From the NCBI RefSeq assembly GCF_030684315.1, contig NC_081396.1, positions 496,001-560,000 on the forward strand: a stretch of DNA of 64,000 nucleotides, given 5' to 3'. The translations under genes and the position numbers were made by a program. Under the pieces are notes generated by a model. That model was not told the origin of the DNA and ran no database searches. It saw only the letters and a program-made list of their open reading frames with translations. How positions within the stretch are numbered: position 1 is the stretch's first letter; the number at the start of each line of letters is the position of its first letter. Source of the stretch: Stegostoma tigrinum (lineage: Eukaryota). Positions 40,480 to 52,761 of this stretch are shown one piece after another.

Positions 40480-42450
40480 ATCTCTTTAAGTCTATGGCCT
40501 TTTCTTGTTCTTGTCCCTCTTACAAGCTGGAACAGGTTCTCCCTATCTATGCTGTTGAGCTTCCTCATGATTTTGAAATGGTCTATTTGGCACCCCCTTA
40601 ACTTACTTCTCCCCAGGAGAATAGTCTCCTGAAGATATCTTCATAACTGCTTCTCATCCCTGGAACCATTCTTGTACACCAATTCTGCTCTCTCTCCAAT
40701 GTGATCACATCCATCTTGTAATGTGGTGCCCAGATCTGTATGCCATTCTCCAGCTGAGATCTGCCAAGTGTTTTTAACATAGTGAATATTATCACCTTAA
40801 TCTCGGACTCTATGCCCCTATTAATGAAGCCAATGATGCTGTCTGCTCTCCTTACTGCTGTCTCTACCTGTCCTGCACTTTCAATGTTCACTGCACATAT
40901 ACACCGAGGTTCCTCTGCTTCTGCATCCCCATAGAGTTGTATCCCCTATTTTGTGGTGCCTTTCAATGTTCTTGCCACCAAAATGCATCATCTTACACTT
41001 CTCTACATTGAAAGTCAATGGCCACCCACCTGCCCACTCCACCAACTTTTCCGTGTCCTTTTTGAGTTTTGCATTGTACTGCTCAAAGTTTGCAATTCTT
41101 TCAATTTTATGTCATCTACATACTTTTAAATTGCCCCCTGCGCACCAAGATCGAGATCATTAATATTTGTGAAGCAAATGTCCAAAATTGGACTCCTGGC
41201 AGACTCTACAACAAACCTTCCTCCAGCATGAAAAATGTCCATTGACCATGACTCTCTGTTTCCGAACACTCAGCTAATTTTTTATCTATGTTGTTACTGA
41301 CAATTTTATTGCATGATTTACAATTTGCCTCACAGGTCTGTTGTGTGTCTTTGCAGGAACCACCTTCTGAAAGTTCATGTACCCCACCTTATCAGCATTA
41401 AACTCATCAACCTTCTTGGTTCCCTTTTCAAAAACCACTGTTCCTAACCAACTCACCATTTTCCACGTATTCCCCTTTTTCACAAATGTCTTTATTTGGG
41501 GAAATTAGCTTTTTCTTTGAACTGGGAATTCTATCACCCTCCCCCAAGCTTCGAGGCTTGTCCCACCGACACCTCTCCTCCAGCCAACCAATAAGCTGTG
41601 GCCCTTGGATGAATGCCCCACCTGTTTATACAAAATAGATTTCCTCTTACATGGACCTGGGTTTCTTCTCCTACATACTGGTTTCTGCAGTTTGCTTCCT
41701 TCAAGGAATAATCTCCGAAATTTGTTTATCCATGAGTCTGATAACCTCCTCCACTCTCTGAACTTGGGTTGCATTGTTCAATATCTGCTCCTGAGATGTA
41801 ATCATAAAGTCAAATCGATCTACAGTCTGGAAACAGGCCCTTTGACCCAACTTGCCCACATCACCCAGTTGTCATAATTAAACTACTCTCATTTCCCTGC
41901 ATTTGGTCCATATCCTTCCAAACCTATCCCATCCATGCACTTCTCTAAATGTTTCTGTATGGACAAATTGCCTCTCTGGACCCTTTTGTATCACTTCTCT
42001 CTCACCTTAAACATATTCCCTGTAGGTTTAGACTCCTCTACCATGGGGATAAGCTGTTGGCTGTCTACCTTATCTGTGCCTCTCATGATTTTATCGACCT
42101 CTATCAGATTACCCCTCATACTCTTCAGGGAAAAAAAATCCTAGCCTCTCCAACCTTTCTGTCTCACTCAAAACTTCCAGTCCTAGTAGCTTCCAAGTGA
42201 ATCCTTTCTGTACTCTTTCTAGTTTAATATTGTTCTTTCTGTGGTAGGTCGACCAAAACTGCACACAGCACTCCAAATGTGATCTCCCCAACATCTTGTA
42301 CAGCTGTAACAAGATGTCCCCTCACTTATACTCAGCGCTCTGACCACTGAAAGCAAGCAAGCTGAAAGCCTTCTTCGCCAACCTGTCAGCCTGTGATTCC
42401 ACTTTCAAGGAGCTATGAACCTGTACCCCTTTATCTCTTTGTTCTATAAT
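40480..42450 (-). mobile_element. Decayed CR1 LINE fragments
   Basis: GFINRGIE...QIWAPHYKMDV; MLQLYKMLGRSHLECCVQFWS...LERVQK. Confidence 0.75.
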
Positions 42451-44990
42451 ATGTCCCATGATATCACTTTCTTCACTGCATCACTCCTGTCAGACATAGG
42501 TGAGATTTTGCTGGATTTTCTTCTGTTTCATAATCGTTCCCAATACTTGACCTTGAGTTGGGCACTGCAGACATCCAGATCATGAGTTTTGTTCCCAACT
42601 ATCTGGTCCTGGTGTGTATTTCCCCCATTGACTGTGCTGGGTGAAGTTCCTCATACCTGGGACTGAGTATTTCTTCTGTGTCTGCTTTAGAGTTTCTCCA
42701 CCCTTGAAGAAATGAGGGAAGAAACGGCAATCATGCATTGGGCTGTAATTATTAAACAATATGGGGTCCTGGGATGTATTCCCCCAAAGCAAAATCCTGG
42801 AGTCTTTTTCCTGATGGCTGAAGAGAATCCATTTTACATGGAACTTTAAATCTCTATGTTACCTCATTCTGGCATTGGGGTGTAGTTCATGGATGTATAT
42901 GGTGAGGACTTCTTCCCAGCTGCAGAATATGTTAACTGAAGGTCTATTCCAACAAGAAGTGCAGTGGAGACAATCCTTCCAAAGTAGGCCAATGACACCA
43001 ATTCCCAATGTGTGATGGGAGATTCCCTGATAGTTTGAATAGGAATCTTTCCCAATTTTAAACATTGATGTGTATTATCACAAGGAATGTGCTGGAGAAC
43101 TACTGCCGGAAACATACTCGGAAATCTTCCTCATATAAGTTTCTTAAATGCATTCCCAAATTGATTTTACATCCTCTTATATGATTTTCCAGGGCAATCT
43201 GTCCCTAGTTCATATGCTTTGAGGGTCAGGGAGTTGGGGTTGGGAAATTGATGACTACATTAGTGATTGGAATCATCGGTCTTTTCTGAATCTGAGCTGC
43301 ATTTACCCAATAACTATCCCTGGATCATATTCCCTTATACATGGGGTATTCCATAATTTCTGATATGGGGAATTTCCCACAGTATCTAATACTGCTAACA
43401 CTGTCTGCCTGTAGGAGGAATTCCATCACCTTTGACAGTGGGGACCAATCCCCGTATCTGAAATCTATTCCACCAGTGATAATAACAGAGAGAAGGAATT
43501 CCCATTTCATTTAATTAGGAATCTTCTCTACTCCTAGATTGTACATGTCCATTAGCTTGTCCTAGGTTGTTTCTCCCCAGTGATCCTTTTCAGCAAATTC
43601 TATTCAAGTTGGGAGTTGAAATTTCACCCAATATTTGATATTGGGGTCATCTTCCCACACTCCACGTACCTCATAATTATTGTCCAAATCTGGTCCTGGA
43701 ATTTATTCACCAAATGACAGACATGGAATGACATGAGTTTAGTACTGAATTGCACTCAATGATCATGTGATGATTTCTCCTCATATCACTGGGATGATCT
43801 CTTGTGTATGTGACATGGAATCTCAGTCAATTCCTCAATTCCCAAAATCTGGCCTTTCGGCATATCCACTGGTCTGGTAAGACTTCCCAAAACATGGAAA
43901 TTTTGTTCCAAATTCCAGACCAATATCAATTCCTGAAGTGAAACTTCTTTGAGAGGATTCACAGAGACTTTGAAGAACATTCTCCAAAACTTGATATATT
44001 CAAATGAATGTGTTTGCAGAGGAATTCATTGGAAACATCACTGATTTTTGAGATCTGAAGTGTTCTCTCAATCTCTGTTGCTTGTCTGTGTTGACTCAAT
44101 TTGTGTGCTTGAGAAGATTCCTGCATAATTATGATTGGACCCCAGCCCAGTGTCTGTGAATTAACATTCAAAAACTTTCACATGAAGTGTGAATGAATTA
44201 TAGTTCATTCTGAAATCTGGGTCTTAAAGCTGAACAAGAGAAACTTTGAAGGAATGAGAGATAACTCGGCAATAATGGATTGGGAAAAGGCATTGAAAGA
44301 TTGAATGGAAGACATGCAATGGCAAGTATTTAAAGAAGTACTACATAGGCGACAAGAGTGATGAGCAAAAGGAGTTCAGGGCCAATGAGTGGCAGATGGA
44401 GTTTAATTTAGATAATTGAGAGGTAGTGCATCTTGGTAAGATGAACAAGAGCAAGACATACATAGGTAGAGACAAAAAAAATCTGCAGATACTGGAATCC
44501 AAGGGTAGACAAACATGAGGCTGGAAGAAAACAGCATCTGGAGGAAAGGAGCAGTCAACATTTTGGGTATTACCCTTCTTCGGGACTGGATGTGGGGGAA
44601 GGAGGAGCTGCAGATAAAGGTGAATGTCAGGAGTAGAGGTGGAATGGTGGTGATAGATGGGCACTGGAAGTAAGTACGACTGGAAGGATATGGAAGTACG
44701 AATGGAAGAATATGGAAGTAGTGCATGTAAGTGCCACTGTATTGAATGATGAACATTTATTTAGTTGAATGATTTGACATGACTGACAGGCTGAATGATC
44801 TGTACTGTTGCAAAGTTCCTATCTCTTGTGGTGTTCTCCACCAGTAGCTGACCCTTGGTATATGCCCTATTATTTTTACTGGTGGAATTCTCTCACCCCT
44901 GGGGTCAACAAACTAATACGTTATTCTGATTATGCTCCCAAACTTTCTACTGGTTTGATTCCATTCATACATAGGATTGAAAACTTCCCC

Positions 44991-45222
44991 TAGAATTGGC
45001 TGGTGGGCAAGAAATTGCAAGTAGGGATAAAGGTTTCGTTATTCTCAGAGATGACTTCTGCAGGTGCAGTGGGCTGATCTTAGTGTGGGAGACTGACCTA
45101 AATGTTGGGATGTCTAACCTTATTGTAGAACACATGTCCTATGGGGCTGACCATCTTCAGCCGTGGATGAAGAGCCACAGTACAAGTGAAGAAAAATCTT
45201 CAAAGTGTGAAAGGTTCCACAT
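44991..45222 (+). repeat. 232-bp direct repeat, copy 1 (copy 2 at 47381-47612)
   Basis: Ungapped match at offset 2390 bp with about 12 mismatches counted by eye. Confidence 0.92.
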
Positions 45223-45525
45223 CACTGGTTTCCAAATCACTGTTCTCATGGGTGTTTTCACTCTTTCATTAGGACTGTGAATCTTCCTCAATATCTGATA
45301 AGGAGGTGTAGTCCAGCAATGACCATACTGAGGATAGAGTATGCACTCACAAATGGTGTTGGAAAGCTTAACAAAGATTTGTTTCTGTTCCTTATCCTGC
45401 TGAGGTCTGGTCCTGAATTCTTCATCTTCAAGATGACATTTTTCATGGTTTTCATCCAACTCTTAATTCCAGCATCTGCTACGACAAGGTTTGAATCCAT
45501 AGCCCCAGAAAATTTGCTGGGTCTA

Positions 45526-45861
45526 GAATCTCTACAGTGTGAAAGAAGGCCATTCAGCCCATCGAGTCCACACTGACCCCCCAAACAGCATCCCAGCCAG
45601 ACCCAACCCACAACCCTATCCCTATAAATCTGCATTTCCCATAGCTAACCTATCCAGCAGGCACATCTTTGGACACTATGGGCAATTTAGCATGGCCAAT
45701 CCACCTAACCTGCACAACTTTGGACTGGGGAAGGGAACCAGAGCACCCAGAGGAAACCCATACAGACACAGGGAGAATGTGCAAACTCCACACACACGGT
45801 CACCCAAGGGTGGAATCAAACCTGGGTCCCTGATGCTGTGAGGCAGCAGTGCTAACCACTG
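45526..45861 (-). mobile_element. HE1-type V-SINE
   Basis: Reverse complement of the 17793-18105 family. Confidence 0.8.
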
Positions 45862-47104
45862 GATTAATAGTCTGGTGATAATGCCACTGGGGCATCACCT
45901 TCCCTCCTCATCCACCATTTTCAACATTCACTCCCTTCATAACAACACACAGTGGCAGCAGTGTTTACCATCAACAAGAAGAACAGCAGCAACCCACCAA
46001 GGTTCCTTTAATAGTCCCTTGCAAACTGGCAATCTGTACCACTGACAGGGACAAAGGCAGGAGATGCACGGGAGTGCAATTACATGCAATTTGCCATCCA
46101 CGCTGCACACCATCCCGATTTGGAACCATTTCACCATTCCTTCACTGTCACTGTGTCCAAATCCTGGAACCCACTTATGATCAGCCCCCATAGTGAAATA
46201 ATTGCAGTGGTTCCAGAAGAAAGCTCATCAGCACCTTCTCCAGGGAAATTAGATTTCGGCAAGAACCACTGACCTAGTCAGCAACACCCACACCCCATTA
46301 ACAAATGAATAAAGAATTCACCAAATATCTATTTCTGGATACAACACTCCTCTGGTTATAAAGCTGGGAAATTCCCATAACTTTTCCTACCAGGAATTCT
46401 CCTGCAAAATATTTTGTCAAGTCGTGTTACATTGTATACCCCACTGGACCTAAACCCTCAATCTGTTCCCTGTACTGCGGAATATTCACTCGTTCAAAAG
46501 TCTGTGGATCTCCGCTATCCGTTCTGTGGACTGTGTCTCCCCTTAACTGGGTATTTGCTCATATACAGGACTGTGGATCTCCTCCAACATCAAGAGCATG
46601 GGTATATTTGCTCAGTAACTTTGGTCATTCTCCCACAGTTTTGTCTATCTCATCAGATCAGGACTCATTTCATTTTTTAGGTTTTACCGATTTAATTTCA
46701 CATCAAAACTTTTACATCAGAGAAAATCCTTTTTAAAAACCTGCAGGCAGTAATCTGAATAACATTTACTTCTACAAAACCAAGAATCAGCCCTCCACCC
46801 TCCATCCCGCACTTACACTCCATCCTGACTCACCTTCCACTCTCCCCAATTACACACCCCCCTACTGTGATTCCCCATTCCCCACTCCTCTTCGTCAACT
46901 CTTCTGTTTCCCTCCCAATTCCACTTTTCAATTCTCCCCAGTCCATCTGAAGCTTGATCTCCAAGACTGAGCTGTTGCAGTGCAGTAGCTTAATATTTTC
47001 CATTGCAAATTGGAAAGAAAGCATCATTCTCCAACAATACAGTGACATTTCTGGACAATGCCCATCTTGAACTCATCAGAATATGAGTCTTATCCATCTG
47101 CTGG

Positions 47105-47116
47105 TCACTGCTGAAC
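47105..47116 (-). CDS. IgW: IgW cytoplasmic exon TM2 (VQQ*)
   Basis: Strong acceptor ctctgctgtttgttttacag|GTT CAG CAG TGA, phase 0 as TM1 requires. Gives a KVQQ tail analogous to KVK. Confidence 0.78.
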   Translation of the reverse strand, partial: VQQ

Positions 47117-47380
47117 CTGTAAAACAAACAGCAGAGTAAGGTAGAATTGTGTGCCACAGGCAGGCTGAACCAAATATATAGGTAGACCCGAAAGAACAAC
47201 AAGTCCTTCCTTTTCCTGGTGGATTGACCCTAAAGGACAGATGGTCACTGTTTATTCTGGAAGATGGATCCAAAGGGACACGTGGTCTTTACTTGTTCTG
47301 GGAGATAGACCAGGTACCTCACAAAAAGTTGTCATAAAATAGGAGCCCATGGTGTTTGAAGGAGTATATTGGCATGGATG

Positions 47381-47612
47381 TAGAATTGGCTGGTGGGCAA
47401 GAAATTGCAAATAGGGATAAAGGTTTCGTTATTCTCAGAGATGACTTCTTCAGGTGCAGTGGGCTGATCTTAGTGCGGGAAACTGACCTAAATGTTGGGA
47501 TGGCTAACCTTATTGTATAACGTAAGTCCTATGGAGCTGACCATCTTCAGTCGTGGATGAAGAGCCACAGTACAAGTGAAGAAAAATCTTCAAAGTGTGA
47601 AAGGTTCTACAT
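47381..47612 (+). repeat. 232-bp direct repeat, copy 2 (inside the TM1-TM2 intron)
   Basis: Matches 44991-45222. Its left end continues into a CR1 fragment at ~47305-47425. Confidence 0.92.
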
Positions 47613-47743
47613 TCAATTCCTAGTTTGATTCTAATGTGATAGCTAGAATCTCAGATAATTGGTTATATTGATAAATAGAATATAAACCTTACACAAACAG
47701 TCTGTATGTGTTATTGTTCATTTGGTAGTTAATGTCCAATTAC

Positions 47744-47874
47744 CTTGACAACAGTTACAAAGGTGCTGTAGAGAAAACTTAGGATAAACAGAATGGCAAA
47801 GGCAGCAACTGTTATCACGTTGTCATCTCCATCCATATCTTCCACCTCTTCCTTTCCTTCCTCTCCTTGCACAT
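47744..47874 (-). CDS. IgW: IgW transmembrane exon TM1
   Basis: ccctccag|AT GTG CAA... to GTC AAG|gtaatt. (D)VQGEEGKEEVEDMDGDDN-VITVAAFAILFILSFLYSTFVTVVK: an acidic spacer plus the antigen-receptor TM (CART) motif F..LF.LS..YST.VT. Not in the ORF track. Confidence 0.92.
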
Positions 47875-48024
47875 CTGGAGGGACTGCTAAAACAAAGAAA
47901 AATTGTTGCTGTTAAAGCTGACTGCAAACATTTCATCAAGGTTAACAGCTTCTTAGTAGTTTGTAGGTAATACGGTTACGGAGGAGATCATGGCAGAGCT
48001 GCACTGGCAACAGTGAACATTTAG

Positions 48025-48920
48025 ACAAGATAATGAAATGTGAGGCTGGATGAACACAGCAGGCCCAGCAGCATCTCAGGAGCGCAAAAGCTGATGTTTT
48101 GGGCCTAGATCCTTCATCAGAGAGGGGGATGGGATGAGGGTTCTGGAATAAATAGGGAGAGAGGGGGAGGCGGACCGAAGATGGAGAGAAAAGAAGATAG
48201 GTGGAGAGGAGAGTATAGGTGGGGAGGTAGGGAGGGGATAGGTCAGTCCAGGAAAGACGGACAGGTCAAGGAGGTGGGATGAGGTTAGTAGGTAGGAGAT
48301 GGAGGTGCGGCTTGGGGTGGGAGGAAGGGATGGGTGAGAGGAAGAACAGGTTAGGGAGGCAGAGACAGGCTGGACTGGTTTTGGGATGCAGTGGGTGGAG
48401 GGGAAGAGCTGGGCTGGTTGTGTGGTGCAGTGGGGGGAGGGGACGAACTGGGCTGGTTTAGGGATGCAGTTGGGGGAAGGGGAGATTTTGAAGCTGGTGA
48501 AGTCCACATTGATACCATTGGGCTGCAGGGTTCCCAAGCGGAATATGAGTTGCTGTTCCTGCAACCTTCGGGTGGCATCATTGTGGCACTGCAGGAGGCC
48601 CATGATGGACATGTCATCTAAAGAATGGGAGGGGGAGTGGAAATGGTTTGCGACTGGGAGGTGCAGTTGTTTGTTGCGAACTGAGCGGAGGTGTTCTGCA
48701 AAGCGGTCCCCAAGCCTCTGCTTGGTTTCCCCAATGTAGAGGAAGCCACACCGGGTACAGTGGATGCAGTATACCACATTGGCAGATGTGCAGGTGAACC
48801 TCTGCCTGATGTGGAAAGTCATCTTGGGGCCTGAGATAGGGGTGAGGGAGGAGGTGTGGGGGCAAGTATAGCATTTCCTGCGGTTGCAGGGGAAGGTGCC
48901 GGGTGTGGTGGGGTTGGAGG
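48025..48920 (-). mobile_element. Penelope-like element 3' part (GIY-YIG) in the CH6-TM1 intron
   Basis: PCNRRKCYTC...FTCTSANVVYCIHCTRCGFLYIGETKQRLGDRFAEH...LGTLQPNGIN; pLTR end at ~48025-48125. Confidence 0.9.
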
Positions 48921-50306
48921 GCATTCACAATCTGTCTGATTTTCTCTCTACCTTTGCCTCTATCTTTCTCCCTTTCACTGCCTTCCATTTATCCCTCACT
49001 GATTCACTCCCTTCCTTGTTTCACTGTCACTCTCATCATTGCTTTCTGTCTGGGTCACAATCATAGATCCCCTCAGAGGTATGCACAAACAAACAACGGA
49101 TGAACATTAAATTGTTTCCAAAATCTTAATCCTCCTGTCACCCAACTCTGTCAGTTCTCTGCTTCTCAGTTGCATTATCCAAGGTCAGAAATCACACGAC
49201 ACCAGGTTATAGTCAACAGGTTTATCTGAAAACACATGCTTTCTGAGCCTCGCTCCTTTTTCAGATGTTAGTGAGTAATGTTATATCAGGCACCAAATTC
49301 ATAAGTAAAAATCAAAGGGTCATACTACTGATAAGGATGTATTAAACAAACCTAAGATGCTGTTCGATATTTAATCAGTTTCTGCAGGCTTTAAAACACA
49401 ATATTCTGATATCTTGGCACCAATAACACTCAACCAGCAAACAAGCAGGTTTATTGTGCAGAACTCTGGGATTATCCCCAGAGTCTGGATGACATCCTTT
49501 ATAACTCCAAAAATGTCTTTCTTTTTGATTCGGTGTAATGTTTTAATTGACCTAATATTATACCAAGCAGCATGAAGTTACCTTGTATTTTCAGTTGTAG
49601 AAGAGAACATCTGCTCAATATCACAAAGACTTGTGAGTGGTGATGTGAGGGATGGAATGGGTCTGAAAGCCTACAATTCATGGATCATTGTGTTGTGGTT
49701 TCACATCCAGCAATCTTGCTTTTGGGTCAGACAATTTTGGATTCAGGTTTCACCACTCATCCTTGAGGTCATCAGCTAGGGTGCCACTCCAATTCAGACT
49801 GAGAAAGTGCTACAAATATTGAAGGAAACATCTCCTGATGAAATAATAGACAATGGCCCTCACGTTAATGTACATGATCTCATGGCCATATTGGAAGAGC
49901 TGGGTGGTTCTCTTCAGTGTCTCAACCAGTCAACATTTATCTCTCAACCAACAGCAAAAAGCAGATGATCTGGTCATCATCAAGATTTTCTTGTTGGAAT
50001 TTACTATGCGCAATTTAAAACTGAGACATCTAGAGAGACCAAAGCCATCTACCACATATACATGATGATAATTAAAGTGTGTCCTAATCATAGCAATTTG
50101 TCACATGAATGAGTCTGCAATAAACCAAGACATACAGCGAGGAAATCACAGTGGGGTGGGGGGCTTTGAAAGTAAAGATTCAAAAACTCCTTTCCCTCAG
50201 AACATTCTACATTCACCATAGTTAATGTCCCAAGTGGTTAATTTATATCCTCCCCAACCACAAACAATGATCACTCAAAACTAACGCTGAAATTTTTCAT
50301 GTCAGG

Positions 50307-50506
50307 TTTATTGAAATTTGATCAGTACATTGACAAACAATTAACATTCTGTGGGTTTTCACACATGTTTCACACATGATCAGGTGCAGCACAAAAAAAA
50401 TGTTTCCAAAGGACCTGAGGATCCCAGGCATCTGGACAAAATAATGTTAGCTGATTTGGAGATTTATTTTTTTTCTCTCAAGTACTGAGCAACGTTCGAT
50501 TTTATT
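50307..50506 (-). terminator. Candidate poly(A) signals of the long secretory form
   Basis: AATAAA on the minus strand at 50501-50506, 50463-50468 and 50307-50312, downstream of the CH6 stop. Confidence 0.55.
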
Positions 50507-50625
50507 CATGTTTGAAGTGAATTGCTACCAGAAGAGAGGTTTCAAAATGCTCACAACTGTTTTTCAGTTGTTTTAACTGTACATTTATAGGGCTTATATA
50601 AATGGGTGATTGTTTAAACCAGATG

Positions 50626-51008
50626 TTATGAACAGGAGTTAAAGCTTTCAGTTAGAACAAGTGAGACATTAACCAGGTTGGGCTTGCTGTGAGATTTATT
50701 CATGCTTCTGAACACATTTGTTGTGACTGACTCGTGTCCCACCACACAGGAGTACATGGTGCCGCTGTCCCACTCCTCTGCAGAGACGGTCAAGTGACTG
50801 CCTGAGTTCCAGCCTCCTCTGCCATCCTCAGTCACTGGCTGATGAATGAACCCTGTCTTCAGAAGGGTATCATTGGCCATCCAAGCCAGGTAGATATCTG
50901 CGGGAGAGAATCCAGTGACCAGGCAAACGAGGGTCGCAGTGTGAGCAGTCTCCATCTCAACCGGTGAAGGGGCCAGGAGGTAGACTTGAGGGTGAGTCTT
51001 AACCTCAA
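50626..51008 (-). CDS. IgW: IgW CH6 exon with long-form secretory tailpiece
   Basis: tttacag|TT GAG GTT... to TAA. PQVYLLAPS...LVCLVTGFSP...LAW...YSCVVGHES, then KPNLVNVSLVLTESFNSCS* (NVS sequon, penultimate Cys, as in IgM/IgA tailpieces). Confidence 0.94.
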
Positions 51009-51659
51009 CTGTAAACAGATGCAATGGAGGTTAGATTTCATCTTTCATTCAGCATGTATTTACCTGATGCATTTGTCTCTTGGACAAAACAATGTAACTT
51101 CTGCATCCTCAGGAAATTCTCTGAGATCAGAAACTAAAAGCATTTCCTTTCATGATAACAAGGTGTAGTGCTGGATGAACACAGCAGGCCAAGCAGCATC
51201 TTGATTTTTTGGGAAGGTTGTGCAAAGATGGAATCTTGTTGAGTTTCTCACCATGGGCGGGGATCCCCTTTTCATAAAGGCGGTCCAAATCATTGATTCA
51301 TTTGAAGAACAGTCCAACTCCATTAAAGTCCTTCAAATCATCAGTGATTTGAATGGAAGAAATATGGACAAACTTTTATCCAGTGCCTGAAGAGTCAGAA
51401 CAGACATTTTAGAGGAATGGGAAATTAATTCATGGGTTGATAATTGTATTTAATTTGCTCCCCTATTTCTGATGACTTGGCATGCACAGAGTGAAAGAGG
51501 GTGGAAACAGATTCAATAGTAACTTTCACCAGGGAATTGGACATAAAATTGAAAGGTAGTCAATTGTAAGGTTGCTGAGATGGAGCAGATCGCACGCGGG
51601 ATCATTTGAATAGTTATTTCAAAGAGCTGGCAGTGACGCGATAGACAAAATGGCATCTT

Positions 51660-51980
51660 TTAGATTAGATTAGATTCTCTACAGTGTGGAAATAGGCACT
51701 TCAGCCCAACAAGTCCACACTGCCCCTTGAAGCATCCCACCCAGACCAATCCCCCTATAACCCATACATCCCTGAACACTATGGGCAATTTAGCATGGCC
51801 AATCCACCTAACATGCACATCTTTTGGACTGTGGGAGGAAACTGGAGCACCCGGAGGAAACCCACGCAGACACGGGGAGAATGTGCAAACTCCACACAGA
51901 CAGTTGCCCAAGGCTGGAATTGAACCCGGGTCCCTGGCACTGTGAGGCTGCAATGCTAACCACTGAGCCACCGTGCTGCC
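51660..51980 (-). mobile_element. HE1-type V-SINE in the CH5-CH6 intron
   Basis: A/B boxes, V-domain and (aatct)n tail on the minus strand. Confidence 0.88.
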
Positions 51981-52440
51981 CAGAATCCTTAAAATGGCAA
52001 TTTAAAATGGCATGATTTTCTGAGAAACACCAGAAAACCACTTCCTGATGTCAACAGGTAGGCTTCATGCCTTATTTTAATCTGGTGCTCTCTGCTGTTT
52101 CTTCTTTTCCTCTCCATGTATTTGCTCATTTTCAGCCTGCACCTCAGACTGAACTCTCTGTTACAATCCAGTGCTGGATTGATGGAATATTAAATGTCGA
52201 AAAACTGCTAATCCATCCCTGTCTATCTTATCACCATGATCCCATCCCCTGGGAACCATGTGTGATTCACACCAAGGCTGCAGAGGTGATTTGAGGCTTC
52301 ATCTGGTCAGTTTCTTGATGGGGTTCACACACATCTCTTGCTTTATAACATAGTCTGACAACCTGTGATAGGCTGCTTCACTCTCTGGCAATAAATCACT
52401 TCAGTTGTAAGATCAGACACACAGTTCCATCTCCACGTAC

Positions 52441-52761
52441 CTTGGGCTTTCCTGATAAACCTCTTCTCTGGCGTTGGCAAATTTTTGGCCTCCACCAAAC
52501 ACATGTACTCTACTCCACTCTCCCATTCTGCAGCAGGGACATTCAGTCTACTGAACATGATCTCTTTATATCCATGCTTCTTGGGACCCTGGGTCTTCAC
52601 TCCATCTTGTCTCATGATTCCATCCACTTTCCAGGTTACCCTGACTCCCTCTAAATCACCATGAAGTACCTCACACAGAATGGTTGCTGTTCTCTTCCTC
52701 CAGATCTCTTCGAATGGAGGCTTGCTTAAGGTGACTGAGATTCCAGTGTCCAAACATTCAT
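52441..52761 (-). CDS. IgW: IgW CH5 exon
   Basis: ctcccag|AT GAA TGT... to CAA G|gtacgt, 321 nt. DECLDTGISVTLSKPPFEEIW...ILCEV...VTW...EWESGVEYMC. Confidence 0.92.

Noticed and set aside
47643-47688. Alternative TM2 (taag|GTT TAT ATT...)
   Set aside because: It would need an intron of only ~56 nt with a poor pyrimidine tract. The 47116 acceptor is much stronger.
50695-50700. AATAAA inside CH6 (Asn-Lys codons)
   Set aside because: It lies upstream of the tailpiece and stop and is explained by the conserved NKS peptide. Proper signals exist downstream.
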